Source: an uncultured Fimbriimonadaceae bacterium (GTDB taxonomy: Bacteria; Armatimonadota; Fimbriimonadia; Fimbriimonadales; Fimbriimonadaceae). Taken from it: a stretch of DNA of 64,000 nt. The first letter of the stretch is position 1. Every line of letters starts with the position of its first letter. This document shows, one piece after another, positions 36,156 to 46,997 of the stretch. The stretch is from NCBI GenBank assembly GCA_964529975.1, contig CAZGXW010000001.1:33705-97704 (forward strand), given 5' to 3'. The position numbers and the translations under genes are program-made. Under the pieces are notes generated by a model that worked only from the letters and a program-made list of their open reading frames with translations, had not been told where the DNA came from and ran no database searches.

Positions 36156-36799
36156 TCCTTTGGCTCCTCATCCTCTGACGTCTCAGGCGGCTCCGATTGG
36201 TCGGGTTTGACCTTCTTGCGCAGGTCGAGCCTCGGCTCCTCGCCCCTCAAGAGCCGCTGGATGTTGGACTTGTGCCTGACGAACAGATACGCCGTGAGTG
36301 GGCCAAAGACGGCAAAGAAGAGCCAGTGCTGACCCGTGAGGTAGCCCGCGAACAACACGGCAAGCGCAGCGATGAGGCTCGAAACACTGACGATCCGCGT
36401 GGCCGCGAAGACGACTAGGAACGCGCCAAATCCTATGGCACCGACGAGCGGCGCGCTCCCGACCAACGCGCCGAGGCTTGTCGCGACGCCCTTGCCGCCT
36501 TTGAACTTCAGGAACGGGCTGAAGGTGTGCCCGAGGACCGAGACGACACCCAAAAGCAGCGCGGCCACCTCGTTGTCCGTGAGGAGCATGGCGACGATCG
36601 GCGAAACCGCGCCCTTGAGCACGTCGAGGACGAACACGAAGATCCCAAGTTTCCAACCGAGGACGCGCGCGACGTTCGTCGCGCCAGTGTTGCCGCTCCC
36701 TACCGACATGATGTCGACGCCCTTTGCACGAGCCACGAACACGCCGAACGGGATCGAGCCGAGCAGATAGGAGAAGAGCGTGAGGAACCCGTAGACCAT
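36152..36799 (-). CDS. plsY: glycerol-3-phosphate acyltransferase PlsY
   Basis: YLLGSIPFGVFVA...GSGNTGATNV...FKGGKGVAT. Confidence 0.92.
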   Translation of the reverse strand: MVYGFLTLFSYLLGSIPFGVFVARAKGVDIMSVGSGNTGATNVARVLGWKLGIFVFVLDVLKGAVSPIVAMLLTDNEVAALLLGVVSVLGHTFSPFLKFKGGKGVATSLGALVGSAPLVGAIGFGAFLVVFAATRIVSVSSLIAALAVLFAGYLTGQHWLFFAVFGPLTAYLFVRHKSNIQRLLRGEEPRLDLRKKVKPDQSEPPETSEDEEPKE

Positions 36800-39418
36800 C
36801 TATGACATCAATCGTTCCATCGTCGATTCGTAGAGGCCCCTCACAACACGGCGTTGCCGCTCGTAAGCCTCGAGCACCTCGTTTCCGTCCTTGACTCCAA
36901 GCGCGTTTGCGAGCCTTTCGAGTTTATCCGGGTTCTCAGGCATGACCTCGTCGCTCAGTCCAAGCATGGCGAGTTGCAGCCGGACTCGTGCATAGAACTG
37001 CCATCCGTCCGTCAGGGCGTCGCGTTCGAAGGCATTGATCGCGCCCACCCTCGCAAGGCTCGAGACTCGGTCGAGGACCGAGGTGGCTTCGAGGTCGACT
37101 TCCTTGGCGTTTGCCCACCAGAGAAGTCCGACCATCCAAAGAGCGTCGTCCTGCCCTCCCGGGCCCAGTTTGATGTGACGGTTGCGAAACTGTACGGGGA
37201 TCCTCTCGGTCTCGACCCGGCGCTTCATCTTGCTGAGCGATTCGAGCGTCTCCGCGTCCAGCGGTCGCTCAAACGCGGCGATTCTCAGTTCCGTTGGCAC
37301 TGGCCCAGCGACCGACCTCGCCCTTCCTAGGGCGAGTCGCTCCCACGGTTCCATGACGCTCTCGTCGTAGTGCGAAACGAGTTCGGGAGACTGGACTAGG
37401 CGGCCTTTGCGTCCCTCTGGCCTCAGCCTGAGGTCGAGTTCGATAGGTGCTCCCGCCCTCCGAAGCGCTTGGACTGCGCTCAGGACAGCCTGCGCGCCCT
37501 TCTCAGCGGGTTCGTGGTCGAGTTTCTCGCTGAAGAAGAGGACGTCGAGGTCGCTGAAGGCGCCAAGTTCTCGGCCGGCATAACTTCCCAGAGCGATGAT
37601 GCTCGCGTCCAGCCCGTTCTCTTGTGCCAAGACGGCCAGGGCGCGATCGAACGCTTCGGCGCAAGCCGTACCAAAGTCAAAGTCTTCGACCAGAACCCAC
37701 AGGACTGCGCTACGCAACCACTCCGCCCTGACTGCGTCGGCAAACGCCGGCACTGAGTTGAGGCGGCGGTAGTCGACCTCGCGCGGCTCGAACACTTCGC
37801 CGCTCATAAGTTGCTCGGTCACCGAAACAGACCGTCGGAGAAACGGTACGAGCGCTGGTGCGCGCTCTGCGATCAATCGCAGTCGGTCGATGCTCGACTC
37901 GTTCTCGATCAGACTCTCGTAGAACGCTTCGCTCGACGGCAAGTCGTCGATCCACTGCGACAGCAAGGTCGCGTTGCGGCCCGCGAGTCGGACAACTTCT
38001 GTACGAGCGGTCGTTCCTGTTCCGGATGACACTAGGACGGACTCGTACCAGTTGCGCGCGTTGTCCCGGTGGAGTTGAAGCGTTGCGTCGAACGCTGCAA
38101 GCGACACGAACCCAGAGCGCAGCGCAAGTTCGTAGCGTTGCTCGTCGTCAATCGGAACACTGTGCGACTGCTGGTCACCGAGGATCTGAATGCGGTGTTC
38201 GACCTGTCGGAGGAACGTATAGGACGCGATCAACTCGTGGACCGCTCCGGAGCTCAAGATGTCGGTCTTTGCCAACTCTTCCAGCGCGTCACAGGTCGGG
38301 CGCACTTTGAGAGCATCGTGGTCGTGCCCGTACAACACTTGGAGGATTTGCGTGAGGAACTCGACGTCGCGGATGCCGCCCGCGCCTCGCTTGATGTCCG
38401 ACTCGTCGTGGCGCTCCTCGATCCGTGCCCGCATGTGAAGAAGCTCTTGAACAAACCACTCTCCCCTTTGGGGCTGGAAGCAGGTCTTGTCGCGCAAGGA
38501 CTCCCAGGCTTCCTGTATGTCGCCGCTTGCGACGATCACCCTGCTCCTGAGGAGGGCGAGTTGTTCCCACGACTCGGCGTACTTCGCGTAGTAACTCTCG
38601 ACTGCCGCCCACCTGGGCACGAGGGGTCCACGACCGCCGTACGGCCTGAGGCGCAGATCGACTCGGTACAGCGAACCCCGTCCCATCCGGTTTGCCAGCG
38701 CACGGTTGAGCGTCTCGCAGAACTTCTTGGCGACTTCTTCGATCTCGCTAGGAGCCAGGTCGTCAAGGACATAGACCAAGTCGATGTCCGAAGAAAAGTT
38801 CAACTCTTGGCCCCCTAACTTGCCGAAAGCCACGATCGAGACGGGGCAAGCGTGGCTCACACCCTTCGCCTCGCCCACGTGCCTCCAGACGACTTCGCTC
38901 GCCCCGACCAGGCAGGCGTCTGCGACGTCTGAGAGCGCCCTCCAAACGTCGCGCTCGGGCCAAAGACGACCCAGGTCGGCAGCGGCGATGCGCACGTGCC
39001 AGGACTGCTTTAGGAACCTCAGTCGATCGAGGGAGTGCGTGTAAGAACTGGCCGCTGCAAGGAGGCCTTCGATCTCTGATTTGAGGCCCTGTGGCTTTGG
39101 TGGCGACTGAAGGGCTTCCGGATCGAGGACCAAGTTAGCAAGTTCAGGGTTTTGGACAAGGACGTCTGCGATCTGGTGGCTTGCACCGAAGAGAGCGATG
39201 AGCAGCCTGCCGAGATCGGGAACTGCAACGAGGCTATCGAACAGCGTGTCCGGGCTGCCCGTCGCCTTGAGCCAGCGTTCGAGATTGACCACGGCCTGGT
39301 CCGGACGGCTCGTCGCAAGGGCCGACGAAACGACGAAGTCGTCCGACCTCCTGTTGGTCGCGGCGTTGATCCTTTGGACGGTCGCCAAAGCCCGCTCTTG
39401 GTCCTTGAACCCGCTCAC
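36800..39418 (-). CDS. glnE: bifunctional glutamine synthetase adenylyltransferase/adenylyl-removing enzyme
   Basis: Two nucleotidyltransferase modules (GKLGGQELNFSSDIDLVYV; GSYAGRELGAFSDLDVLFF) and RLRPYGGRGPL / RLRPEGRKGRL. GTG start at 39418 (GTGA overlap with the nth stop, AGGAG SD). Confidence 0.9.
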   Translation of the reverse strand: MSGFKDQERALATVQRINAATNRRSDDFVVSSALATSRPDQAVVNLERWLKATGSPDTLFDSLVAVPDLGRLLIALFGASHQIADVLVQNPELANLVLDPEALQSPPKPQGLKSEIEGLLAAASSYTHSLDRLRFLKQSWHVRIAAADLGRLWPERDVWRALSDVADACLVGASEVVWRHVGEAKGVSHACPVSIVAFGKLGGQELNFSSDIDLVYVLDDLAPSEIEEVAKKFCETLNRALANRMGRGSLYRVDLRLRPYGGRGPLVPRWAAVESYYAKYAESWEQLALLRSRVIVASGDIQEAWESLRDKTCFQPQRGEWFVQELLHMRARIEERHDESDIKRGAGGIRDVEFLTQILQVLYGHDHDALKVRPTCDALEELAKTDILSSGAVHELIASYTFLRQVEHRIQILGDQQSHSVPIDDEQRYELALRSGFVSLAAFDATLQLHRDNARNWYESVLVSSGTGTTARTEVVRLAGRNATLLSQWIDDLPSSEAFYESLIENESSIDRLRLIAERAPALVPFLRRSVSVTEQLMSGEVFEPREVDYRRLNSVPAFADAVRAEWLRSAVLWVLVEDFDFGTACAEAFDRALAVLAQENGLDASIIALGSYAGRELGAFSDLDVLFFSEKLDHEPAEKGAQAVLSAVQALRRAGAPIELDLRLRPEGRKGRLVQSPELVSHYDESVMEPWERLALGRARSVAGPVPTELRIAAFERPLDAETLESLSKMKRRVETERIPVQFRNRHIKLGPGGQDDALWMVGLLWWANAKEVDLEATSVLDRVSSLARVGAINAFERDALTDGWQFYARVRLQLAMLGLSDEVMPENPDKLERLANALGVKDGNEVLEAYERQRRVVRGLYESTMERLMS

Positions 39419-40095
39419 GCCGGCTCCTGTACTCTCGAGGGACAAAGGTCGTTGAGGACGCACTCCGCGCACTTGGGTCTCTGTGCCTTGCAGGTTGTGC
39501 GGCCGTGTTGGATGAGCAGCGTGTGGTAGCGGTATGCGTCCGCCCTCGGCACTTTCTCTAGTAGAACTTCATGCGCCTTGTCTGCCGTCGCCTTTGGCGG
39601 AACGAACCCCAGGCGTTGGCTCACGCGCAGGATGTGTGTGTCAACCGGGATCGCTTCCATATTGAAACTGAAGCAGAGCACGATGCTCGCCGTCTTCATT
39701 CCGACTCCTGGAAGCGAGGTGAGCCAGTCGCGCGCCTCACGCATCGGCATCTTCTTCAGATTGTCGATATTGTAGGCACCGTTCCTTCGCTTGATCTCTC
39801 GGAGCGAATTGATGATCGAGTTGGCTTTTTGCCGTGCGAGCCCTGCGCGTTTGATAGCGACCGCAAGCCTCTTTGGTCCGAGGTCGACGACCTGCTGCCA
39901 CGACGGATACTTTTCTTTGAGGGCGTAGAAAGTTGGGAACGACGTCGCGTCGGTCGTGTTCTGGCTCAAGATGCACGAGACAAGTTCGTCCATGGGCTCG
40001 AACCGGCGGGAGTAGGTTTGTTTTCCGAACTCGGATTCTAGCCTGTCGAGCACCTTCTTGATCCTCGTCCGCTCGCTGGCCTCCGCCCGACCCAT
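39415..40095 (-). CDS. nth: endonuclease III
   Basis: LVSCILSQNTTD, HhH-GPD (LPGVGMKTASIVL) and a 4Fe-4S cluster CKAQRPKCAECVLNDLC. Start at ATG 40095. Confidence 0.92.
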   Translation of the reverse strand: MGRAEASERTRIKKVLDRLESEFGKQTYSRRFEPMDELVSCILSQNTTDATSFPTFYALKEKYPSWQQVVDLGPKRLAVAIKRAGLARQKANSIINSLREIKRRNGAYNIDNLKKMPMREARDWLTSLPGVGMKTASIVLCFSFNMEAIPVDTHILRVSQRLGFVPPKATADKAHEVLLEKVPRADAYRYHTLLIQHGRTTCKAQRPKCAECVLNDLCPSRVQEPA

Positions 40096-40140
40096 CGTGG
40101 CCAGGATACCGGGCTCAGGCTCAAAGGGTAGAGTCAGCGC

Positions 40141-41184
40141 ATGGGCTTTCGTCGCGCCGCCGTCGTGATGGCTGGCGGTTCTGGCACGCGCTTTTGGCCC
40201 GTATCCACGGTTCAACGGCCGAAGCAGTTCCTCCGGCTGGCATCGCCGGACAAGTCGCTTATGGCGCAGTCTGTCTCACGAGCCGAAGGCCTCTTTGGGG
40301 ACGACGTCTTTGTTGCGACATCAGGCGATCTGGTGGCTGCGACTATGGCAGAAACCGGATTTGGAGCGGAGCGCGTCTTCGGCGAACCGATCAGGCGGAA
40401 CACGCTCGGCGCGCTGGTTTGGGCGACAGCCCAGGTCGTGAACAGGCTTGGCACGACAGAGGTCTCGTTGGCCATCCTTACGGCCGACCACATGATCTCG
40501 CCTGCCGAAGGTTTCGCACGGACAGTCTCGCGTGCGATGGACGTTGCGGAGTCACGGGAAGCCTTGGTGACGATAGGAATCCCACCGGACCGCGCTGCGA
40601 CTGAATATGGGTACATCGAGAAGGGCGAGGCGCTTGATGGCGCGTGGGTGGCGAGGCGGTTTCGCGAGAAGCCGGACGCAGAATCAGCGAGGGAATTTGT
40701 CTCTAGCGGAGAGTTCCTTTGGAACTCGGGCATGTTTTTTTGGACTGTGCCCGCCTTCCTTGCCGCGCTCTCAGACGCAAACCCATCTGCGTCCCAGGTC
40801 TACGAGTCCGTTCTAAGGGCACTGGCTGCCAAAGACGCAGAAGGAGCGTCGAGCGCGTTTGCGTCGCTGGAGAACATTTCGATCGATTACGCGTTGATGG
40901 AGAGAACCCGCGACGTATGCGTCGTGGCTGCTGATTTCGCTTGGGACGATCTGGGATCGTGGGACGCGCTCTCGCGCAGTCTGCCGCAAGACGGCGCGGG
41001 CAACGTTTCTGTCGGGAATTGTCGACTTGAAGACTCGCGTGGTTCTATCGTGTACAACGATGACCCGTCGGTCCGCGTCAGCGTGCTCGGTGTCGAGGGC
41101 GTTGTCGTGGTCGTCTCCGGCTCAGAGGTCCTCGTTTGTCCAAAAGACCGCGCGCAAGACGTTCGTCGTCTAGCCGACGATTGA
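40141..41184 (+). CDS. manC: mannose-1-phosphate guanylyltransferase
   Basis: VVMAGGSGTRFWPVS...KQFL, EYGYIEKG, FREKPD, WNSGMFFW, SIDYALME. Confidence 0.88.
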   Translation: MGFRRAAVVMAGGSGTRFWPVSTVQRPKQFLRLASPDKSLMAQSVSRAEGLFGDDVFVATSGDLVAATMAETGFGAERVFGEPIRRNTLGALVWATAQVVNRLGTTEVSLAILTADHMISPAEGFARTVSRAMDVAESREALVTIGIPPDRAATEYGYIEKGEALDGAWVARRFREKPDAESAREFVSSGEFLWNSGMFFWTVPAFLAALSDANPSASQVYESVLRALAAKDAEGASSAFASLENISIDYALMERTRDVCVVAADFAWDDLGSWDALSRSLPQDGAGNVSVGNCRLEDSRGSIVYNDDPSVRVSVLGVEGVVVVVSGSEVLVCPKDRAQDVRRLADD

Positions 41185-41742
41185 CCGGACGAGATCGGCG
41201 AGGTCTCCGCTCTCGTACATGTAGCCGTTGATCCCGAACGCTTGCGCCGCGCCGAGGTCAGAGTCCCTGTTCCCGATCAAGAATGACCGCGGGCGGTCCA
41301 TCTCAAACTCCTCTGCTGCGCGATCGAGCATTCCGGTGCCCGGCTTGCGTGCGGAACACGTCGCCCTGTACTCGTCGTCGTTCGATTCAGGATGGTGCGG
41401 GCAGTAATAGACGACGTCGATGACGCCCCCTAGTTTGTCGATCTCACGGAGCATCCAGAGCGTGAGGAACATGAATTCCTCTTCGCCGTAGAGCCCCCGC
41501 CCGATGCCGGACTGGTTCGTCACGACGGCGACGATGTAGCCCCTTGCGTTGAGGAGACGGATGGCTTCGACCGCTCCAGGGATCCACTCGAATTCCTCGA
41601 CGAGATGAACGTAGCCCTTGTCAGCATTGACCACGCCATCCCTATCGAGGAAGGCGATCGGTCTGGGGGCCTGGCCAGCGGGCCTGTCCTGTCGCGGAGC
41701 GTCGGGACAGCCTCGCCTGACCTTGTCGGAGAGAGCGGACAT
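41170..41742 (-). CDS. gmhB: D-glycero-D-manno-heptose 1,7-bisphosphate phosphatase (HAD-IIIA)
   Basis: FLDRDGVVN, VTNQSGIGRG, CPHHP...C.ARKPGTGM zinc motif, GNRDSDL. Confidence 0.8.
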   Translation of the reverse strand: MSALSDKVRRGCPDAPRQDRPAGQAPRPIAFLDRDGVVNADKGYVHLVEEFEWIPGAVEAIRLLNARGYIVAVVTNQSGIGRGLYGEEEFMFLTLWMLREIDKLGGVIDVVYYCPHHPESNDDEYRATCSARKPGTGMLDRAAEEFEMDRPRSFLIGNRDSDLGAAQAFGINGYMYESGDLADLVRSIVG

Positions 41743-41789
41743 TTGGCGGGTGGTCCAGGATTAGCGACGATCCGTAGCCTGGGTTAGAT

Positions 41790-42467
41790 TCAGAAGTAGC
41801 CCTTCGACACGGTGTTTGCCTCGTCGATGAAGTCGGCAATGAACTTCTTCATGTCGTTCTTGACCTTCATCTGGTCGGGCGAGTCGTGGAGCGGGATGAA
41901 GCGGTAGAAGACTCCGTCGAGGTCGTTTCCACCAAGCAGCTGCTCAAGGAACATCCCTTTCTTTAGGTCGTTCGTTGACTCGTAGAACTTGCCTTGGCCC
42001 CTGTAGAGAAACGCAGCAATTCTGTTCTGGCCGTCCGGACCATCCATGACGGTGACGGTCATGTAGATGCTTCCTCGGGTCTTGGTCTCAACGCTCTCGG
42101 ACCACTGGTTGTTCAGCGTCCACCCCTGGGCCGTGAAGCAGATCCTTGGATCGTGGAAAGAGTCCTTGCTGCGGCTTGCAATGACGACCGTGTCGTACTT
42201 CTCGCCTGTCTCAGCGTTTTCAAACAAGCGCGCAACGATCCCATAAGGGTCAAGTTCCTTGTATGTGCGCTCGTCCATCTTGTAGGAGAACTCGCTGCTC
42301 TCGACGCCGCCGAGCATTTTGAAGCCCTTGATGTTGCGCGGGGCGTTCTGGAGCATCCAGTCCTCGGTCTTGGGGTCGGCCGCGTTCTTCGCGCTAAGCA
42401 CGATGAATGCACCGCCCGCGACGACGAGCGCGATTACGACGAGCGATCTCTTTCTCAGTCCTTCCAT
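41790..42467 (-). CDS. epsI: EpsI family exosortase-associated protein
   Basis: N-terminal TM anchor and HDPRICFTAQGW motif. Overlaps the exosortase gene end by 13 nt. Confidence 0.75.
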   Translation of the reverse strand: MEGLRKRSLVVIALVVAGGAFIVLSAKNAADPKTEDWMLQNAPRNIKGFKMLGGVESSEFSYKMDERTYKELDPYGIVARLFENAETGEKYDTVVIASRSKDSFHDPRICFTAQGWTLNNQWSESVETKTRGSIYMTVTVMDGPDGQNRIAAFLYRGQGKFYESTNDLKKGMFLEQLLGGNDLDGVFYRFIPLHDSPDQMKVKNDMKKFIADFIDEANTVSKGYF

Positions 42468-43393
42468 CCGAGCACCTTTGCAAACTTGAACAATATGAAG
42501 AAGCAGATGACCAGCGTGACGTAGCCGCTGTAGTCGTGGAACTGGAGCCCGGCGGCGCGGCCAGACTCCTCACCGACGATACCGATGAGGCCGATTCTCA
42601 GTCCGTTGATGAAGAGGCACAGCGGCAGCACGCTGGCGATCATGATGGCGTTCGCCCACCAGCGGAGCCGCGCGATCAGCATGAAGAACACCGTGAACGC
42701 GGTCACTGCGACCAAAAGTTTCAGTCCGCTGCACGGGACGGCGACGTTGAGCTCAAAGTTATCGAGGAGGAGCTCCGTCGGCGCATATTGGAACACGTTG
42801 TAGCCGACGCCTTCGAGGATGAACTTGGCGACCTTGGTCGAGACCACTTGTAGGGAGTTCGTGTAGTTGTCGATGAAACCCGTCCAGACGGGCAGTGCGA
42901 ACAGCAGGTAGAGGATCGAGGGCGCGAGAGCAAGCATCCAGCGGAAACCGGCCACGAACCAGACCGTGGAGACCAAGATGAGGATGAAAGCGTATGAGCG
43001 CAGCAGGTGGATGTCAGTCGCGTTGGCGGCCCAAAGAATCCAGAGCGAGAGCAAGATGGGAAGGAGCGCGAACCAACCCGGTTTGACCGGAATGTCTCTC
43101 ATCCGGTGCCAGTTCTTGTAGATGATGAATCCAGAGATGAGCGGGACGAGAATACCGTGCGAGTAGTAGCCGTCTCCAGAGCGCCACTCCCAGTTGCCCA
43201 ACCCAAGCCACATATAGGGGAGTTGGCTGAGCAGGGGCCAGAAGGCGAAACCGATCGCGAGGACGGCAGCTATCGTTGTGTAGAGCCAAAATCGGTCGCA
43301 GGTCTTGAAGAACTCGACGGCCTTGTCGAGAAGCGACGCGCCCTTGGCCTCTAACTGGTCTTGTGCGATCGTTTCCGCTTGCGCCTCACTCAT
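42455..43393 (-). CDS. exosortase (EpsH/Xrt family)
   Basis: GYYSHGILVPLIS motif, 8 or more TM segments, CSGLK-type Cys (AVPCSGLKLL) and NGLRI. Start at ATG 43393. Confidence 0.8.
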   Translation of the reverse strand: MSEAQAETIAQDQLEAKGASLLDKAVEFFKTCDRFWLYTTIAAVLAIGFAFWPLLSQLPYMWLGLGNWEWRSGDGYYSHGILVPLISGFIIYKNWHRMRDIPVKPGWFALLPILLSLWILWAANATDIHLLRSYAFILILVSTVWFVAGFRWMLALAPSILYLLFALPVWTGFIDNYTNSLQVVSTKVAKFILEGVGYNVFQYAPTELLLDNFELNVAVPCSGLKLLVAVTAFTVFFMLIARLRWWANAIMIASVLPLCLFINGLRIGLIGIVGEESGRAAGLQFHDYSGYVTLVICFFILFKFAKVLGWKD

Positions 43394-43492
43394 ATCCCTT
43401 CCAACCCGTACAAGTATACTTAAGGCTGTGCCGTCAAGAACCGTTCCTATCGGCGGCAAGACTGCGCCATTCGCCGTGGAATTGAGGCTTGT

Positions 43493-44938
43493 ATGACGGC
43501 ATTTTTGCGGTGGTCGCTCGTAATCCTCGTTGCCTTGGTGCCGTGGATCATGCGGGCCGTGTACTACCCGACATATCCAGGTGCGGACGACGCGTTCATC
43601 CACATGGCTATCGTGGACTCCCTTCTGGAGACGGGGACTTGGGGCATCAATCCTGGAGAGACCGTCCACCTCTCGACGAGCCCCCTGTTTACGCTGGTCT
43701 TCTTGGCGCTGTCCTTTCTCTCCAGAGACCTGTTGACGATGGGTGCCATTGTCTCCGTTTGCCTCGTTGCTGGTGCGGTGACCCTAACCTTCCTCATTGC
43801 AGAAAGGCGGCTTAAGTCGTTCTTCCCGAGCCTGGCGATTGCAGGGATCGCCGCCACTAACATCCACCTTTGGAGATGGACCGGCACCTTCATGGAAGCG
43901 ACATTCGCGTACTTCCTCGTGGTGCTGAACGTCTACCTGCACCTTTCGATCGATGGGCGGACTGGAAGAAGCATCGTGCAGGGCGTGCTCCTCGGATTGA
44001 CTGCTTTAGTCAGGCCGGAGTTAGCGCTGCTTCCTTTGGCACTGCTGGCGCATGGACTTGTTTCGGACCGGGCCATGACCCTTCGACGCTTGTCTTGGGT
44101 GGTGCTCGGCGTCCTAGCAGTGGCAGTGCCCTATGTGTTGTGGTCGAACGCGTACTTCGGGAGCGTGCTGCCGACGACGTTCTACGCGAAGACGAGCGGG
44201 TCGATGGAACTCGCGAACTTTGACGTCGCTAAGCAACTGGCGCAGGTCGTTGCGTCCGGTCTGCCTGCGCTCGCTTTGGTGGCGGTCCTTGCGGCCGTGC
44301 TTGCGCGCAAGTCTGACTCCCGGGCGGAGCAGGGCGACGCACTGTTGTTCTTGCTTGTGCCCTTGCTGGGGTTCCTGTTCTTCTATTTGAAGACCCCGAT
44401 GCTGCAGAGCGCAGGGCGGTACTTCTTGCCCTTTCTCGCAACTTTGCCGCTGCTGGCAATACCAATGGTCCAGCGCGCTCGGCTTTCCCCTTCGCTGGTT
44501 GTTGGGTGCGTAGTGATTCAGGCTGGCACGGCCCTCTTTCTAAACACGACCCGGATCGCACCAGTCCTCCGAGGCATGTGGGACGGCTACGTCGCGACCA
44601 TGAGGGAGGGGGCACAGACGATCAAGGCTCGTGTTCCCGAGGGCAATGATGTGCTTGTGTACTACGACATCGGCGTCGTGTCATGGGAACTCAAGGGCGC
44701 GAAGCGCATCGTAGACGGCGGTGCCCTCGCTTCTCCGGAACTGAAGGGACTACAACTCGATGAAATGGTCGCGAAGACTGGAGTGAAGTACGTGTTCGAG
44801 AGCCTCGGAAACCCCGAGTACCCCATCGAGTTTGAAGGGCGACCCAGCAAGATTCTCTGGGAGAGGTCGTTCCGCTCGCACGGAGTCGAGAACCCCGACA
44901 GGACGTACGTCGCAAGGCTTTACGAACTCGGCGAGTGA
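43493..44938 (+). CDS. polytopic membrane protein, putative GT-C glycosyltransferase
   Basis: First loop has the acidic motif YPGADDAFIHMA, followed by about 11 TM segments and a soluble C-terminal domain. Confidence 0.55.
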   Translation: MTAFLRWSLVILVALVPWIMRAVYYPTYPGADDAFIHMAIVDSLLETGTWGINPGETVHLSTSPLFTLVFLALSFLSRDLLTMGAIVSVCLVAGAVTLTFLIAERRLKSFFPSLAIAGIAATNIHLWRWTGTFMEATFAYFLVVLNVYLHLSIDGRTGRSIVQGVLLGLTALVRPELALLPLALLAHGLVSDRAMTLRRLSWVVLGVLAVAVPYVLWSNAYFGSVLPTTFYAKTSGSMELANFDVAKQLAQVVASGLPALALVAVLAAVLARKSDSRAEQGDALLFLLVPLLGFLFFYLKTPMLQSAGRYFLPFLATLPLLAIPMVQRARLSPSLVVGCVVIQAGTALFLNTTRIAPVLRGMWDGYVATMREGAQTIKARVPEGNDVLVYYDIGVVSWELKGAKRIVDGGALASPELKGLQLDEMVAKTGVKYVFESLGNPEYPIEFEGRPSKILWERSFRSHGVENPDRTYVARLYELGE

Positions 44939-44990
44939 GCGCCTGCCCGGCCCGTAACTTGCTCCGGTACACTCGCTTCCGCCGAACCTG

Positions 44991-46082
44991 ATGAAACGCG
45001 CGCTTATCACTGGGATAACTGGGCAGGACGGGGCCTACCTAGCGGAGTTCCTCCTGAACAAGGGGTACGAGGTCCACGGCATCAAGCGCCGGGCAAGCCT
45101 TTTCAACACCTCCCGCATCGACCACCTGTTCCACGATCGCCACGAGTCGGGTCTCCCCTTCTCTCTGCACTACGGCGACCTCACGGACAGTGTCTCTCTC
45201 ATCCGGGTCATTGAAGAGACCCAGCCGGATGAGATCTACAACCTGGGGGCACAGAGCCACGTCCAAGTGAGTTTCGACCAGCCCGATTACACGGCAAAAG
45301 TCGACGGCGTTGGAACGCTCGGAATGCTCGAAGCGATCCGAGTCCTGCGGATGGTCGACAAAGTGCGGTTCTATCAGGCGTCGACGAGCGAACTCTACGG
45401 CAAGGTGCAGGAGACTCCGCAGAAGGAGACGACGCCCTTCTATCCGCGCAGCCCCTATGGCGTGGCGAAACTGTACGCGTTCTGGATCACAGTCAACTAC
45501 CGCGAAGCATACGGGCTTTACGCGTGCAACGGCATCCTTTTCAACCACGAGTCGCCGATCCGCGGTGAGACGTTCGTCACGCGAAAGATTACGCGCGCCG
45601 CTGCCAGAATCTCAGTCGGGCTCCAGAAGCGCTTGTATCTTGGAAACCTGAACGCCTTGCGCGATTGGGGGCACGCACGCGACTACGTCGAGGGGATGTG
45701 GTTGATGCTCCAGCAGCCCAAACCCGACGACTTCATTCTTGCGACCGGCGAGCAACACTCGGTCCGCGAGTTCGCGACTCTCGCCTTCGAGAGGGCCGGC
45801 GTTCCGTTAACTTGGAAGGGTGAAGGGCCCGATGAGGTCGGCATCGATGCGAGCGGCGAGACCCGAGTAGCCGTCGATCCCCAGTACTACAGGCCCGCAG
45901 AAGTTGAAACGCTGCTCGGCGACCCCACTAAGGCTAAGACCGTTCTCGGTTGGGAACCGAAGTGCACATTTCAACAGTTGGTCGAGGAAATGGTGGACTC
46001 CGACCTCGACACAGCCCGGCGCGACAGCCTTGTGAAAGAGAGGGGCTTCAAACTCTATGCCAGCGCTGAAGAAGGACAGTAA
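44991..46082 (+). CDS. gmd: GDP-mannose 4,6-dehydratase
   Basis: [52 protein letters not shown]. Confidence 0.95.
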   Translation: MKRALITGITGQDGAYLAEFLLNKGYEVHGIKRRASLFNTSRIDHLFHDRHESGLPFSLHYGDLTDSVSLIRVIEETQPDEIYNLGAQSHVQVSFDQPDYTAKVDGVGTLGMLEAIRVLRMVDKVRFYQASTSELYGKVQETPQKETTPFYPRSPYGVAKLYAFWITVNYREAYGLYACNGILFNHESPIRGETFVTRKITRAAARISVGLQKRLYLGNLNALRDWGHARDYVEGMWLMLQQPKPDDFILATGEQHSVREFATLAFERAGVPLTWKGEGPDEVGIDASGETRVAVDPQYYRPAEVETLLGDPTKAKTVLGWEPKCTFQQLVEEMVDSDLDTARRDSLVKERGFKLYASAEEGQ

Positions 46083-46995
46083 GGTCTTCCTGGCGGGGCA
46101 CCGCGGCCTGGTCGGCTCAGCGATTCATCGCGCCTTGGTCGGAGAAGGATTCGAGAACCTGATCGTAAGAACGCGGAGCGAACTCGACCTCTCCAACCAG
46201 CAGGCGGTCTATGACTTCCTCGAGGAGGAGCGACCGGACGTGGTCGTCGTGGCGGCGGCCAAAGTCGGTGGGATCCAAGCGAACAGAACACAGCCTGCGG
46301 ACTTCATCGGCGAGAACATGGTGATCGAGTCAAACCTGATATGGGGCTCGCACCTTGCCAATGTTCAAAACCTGCTCTTCCTCGGATCGAGTTGCATCTA
46401 TCCTCGCGAGACCTCCCAGCCAATACCGGAGACCGCACTGTTCTCTGGACCGCCAGAACCTACGAACGCACCTTACGCCGTCGCGAAGATCGCAGGACTC
46501 TTCTTGTGCGACGCGCTCTCTGCACAGTACGGTCGCAACTACTTCACGGTAATGCCGCCGAACGTGTTTGGCCCCGGAGACAATTTCCATCCCGAGCACT
46601 CCCACGTCATAGGGGCGCTGATCCGACGCTTCCATGAGAATCTCCCCGACAAGCCCGTGACGTGCTGGGGAACCGGCTCGCCTAGACGAGAGTTCTTGCA
46701 CAGCGACGAGGTTGCAGACGCATGCCTCTTCCTGCTCGCCCAAGACCGCGTTCAGGGCCACGTCAACGTTGGGACCGGGACCTCCGTAACGATTAAATCG
46801 CTTGCCGAGACCATTCAGCGCGTCGTCGGACACTCAGGCGAGATTCTTTGGGACAAGTCGATGCCTGACGGATTCCCTGAGAAGACGATGGACGTCGCTA
46901 AGATCAACGCAATGGGATGGCGCTCGACGCGCTCGCTCGAGGACGGACTTCGCGACGCCTATTCGTGGTTCAAGTCGAACGTCGTCCAGGTGTGA
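46057..46995 (+). CDS. fcl: GDP-L-fucose synthase
   Basis: [37 protein letters not shown]. Confidence 0.93.
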   Translation: MPALKKDSKVFLAGHRGLVGSAIHRALVGEGFENLIVRTRSELDLSNQQAVYDFLEEERPDVVVVAAAKVGGIQANRTQPADFIGENMVIESNLIWGSHLANVQNLLFLGSSCIYPRETSQPIPETALFSGPPEPTNAPYAVAKIAGLFLCDALSAQYGRNYFTVMPPNVFGPGDNFHPEHSHVIGALIRRFHENLPDKPVTCWGTGSPRREFLHSDEVADACLFLLAQDRVQGHVNVGTGTSVTIKSLAETIQRVVGHSGEILWDKSMPDGFPEKTMDVAKINAMGWRSTRSLEDGLRDAYSWFKSNVVQV

Positions 46996-46997
46996 CG

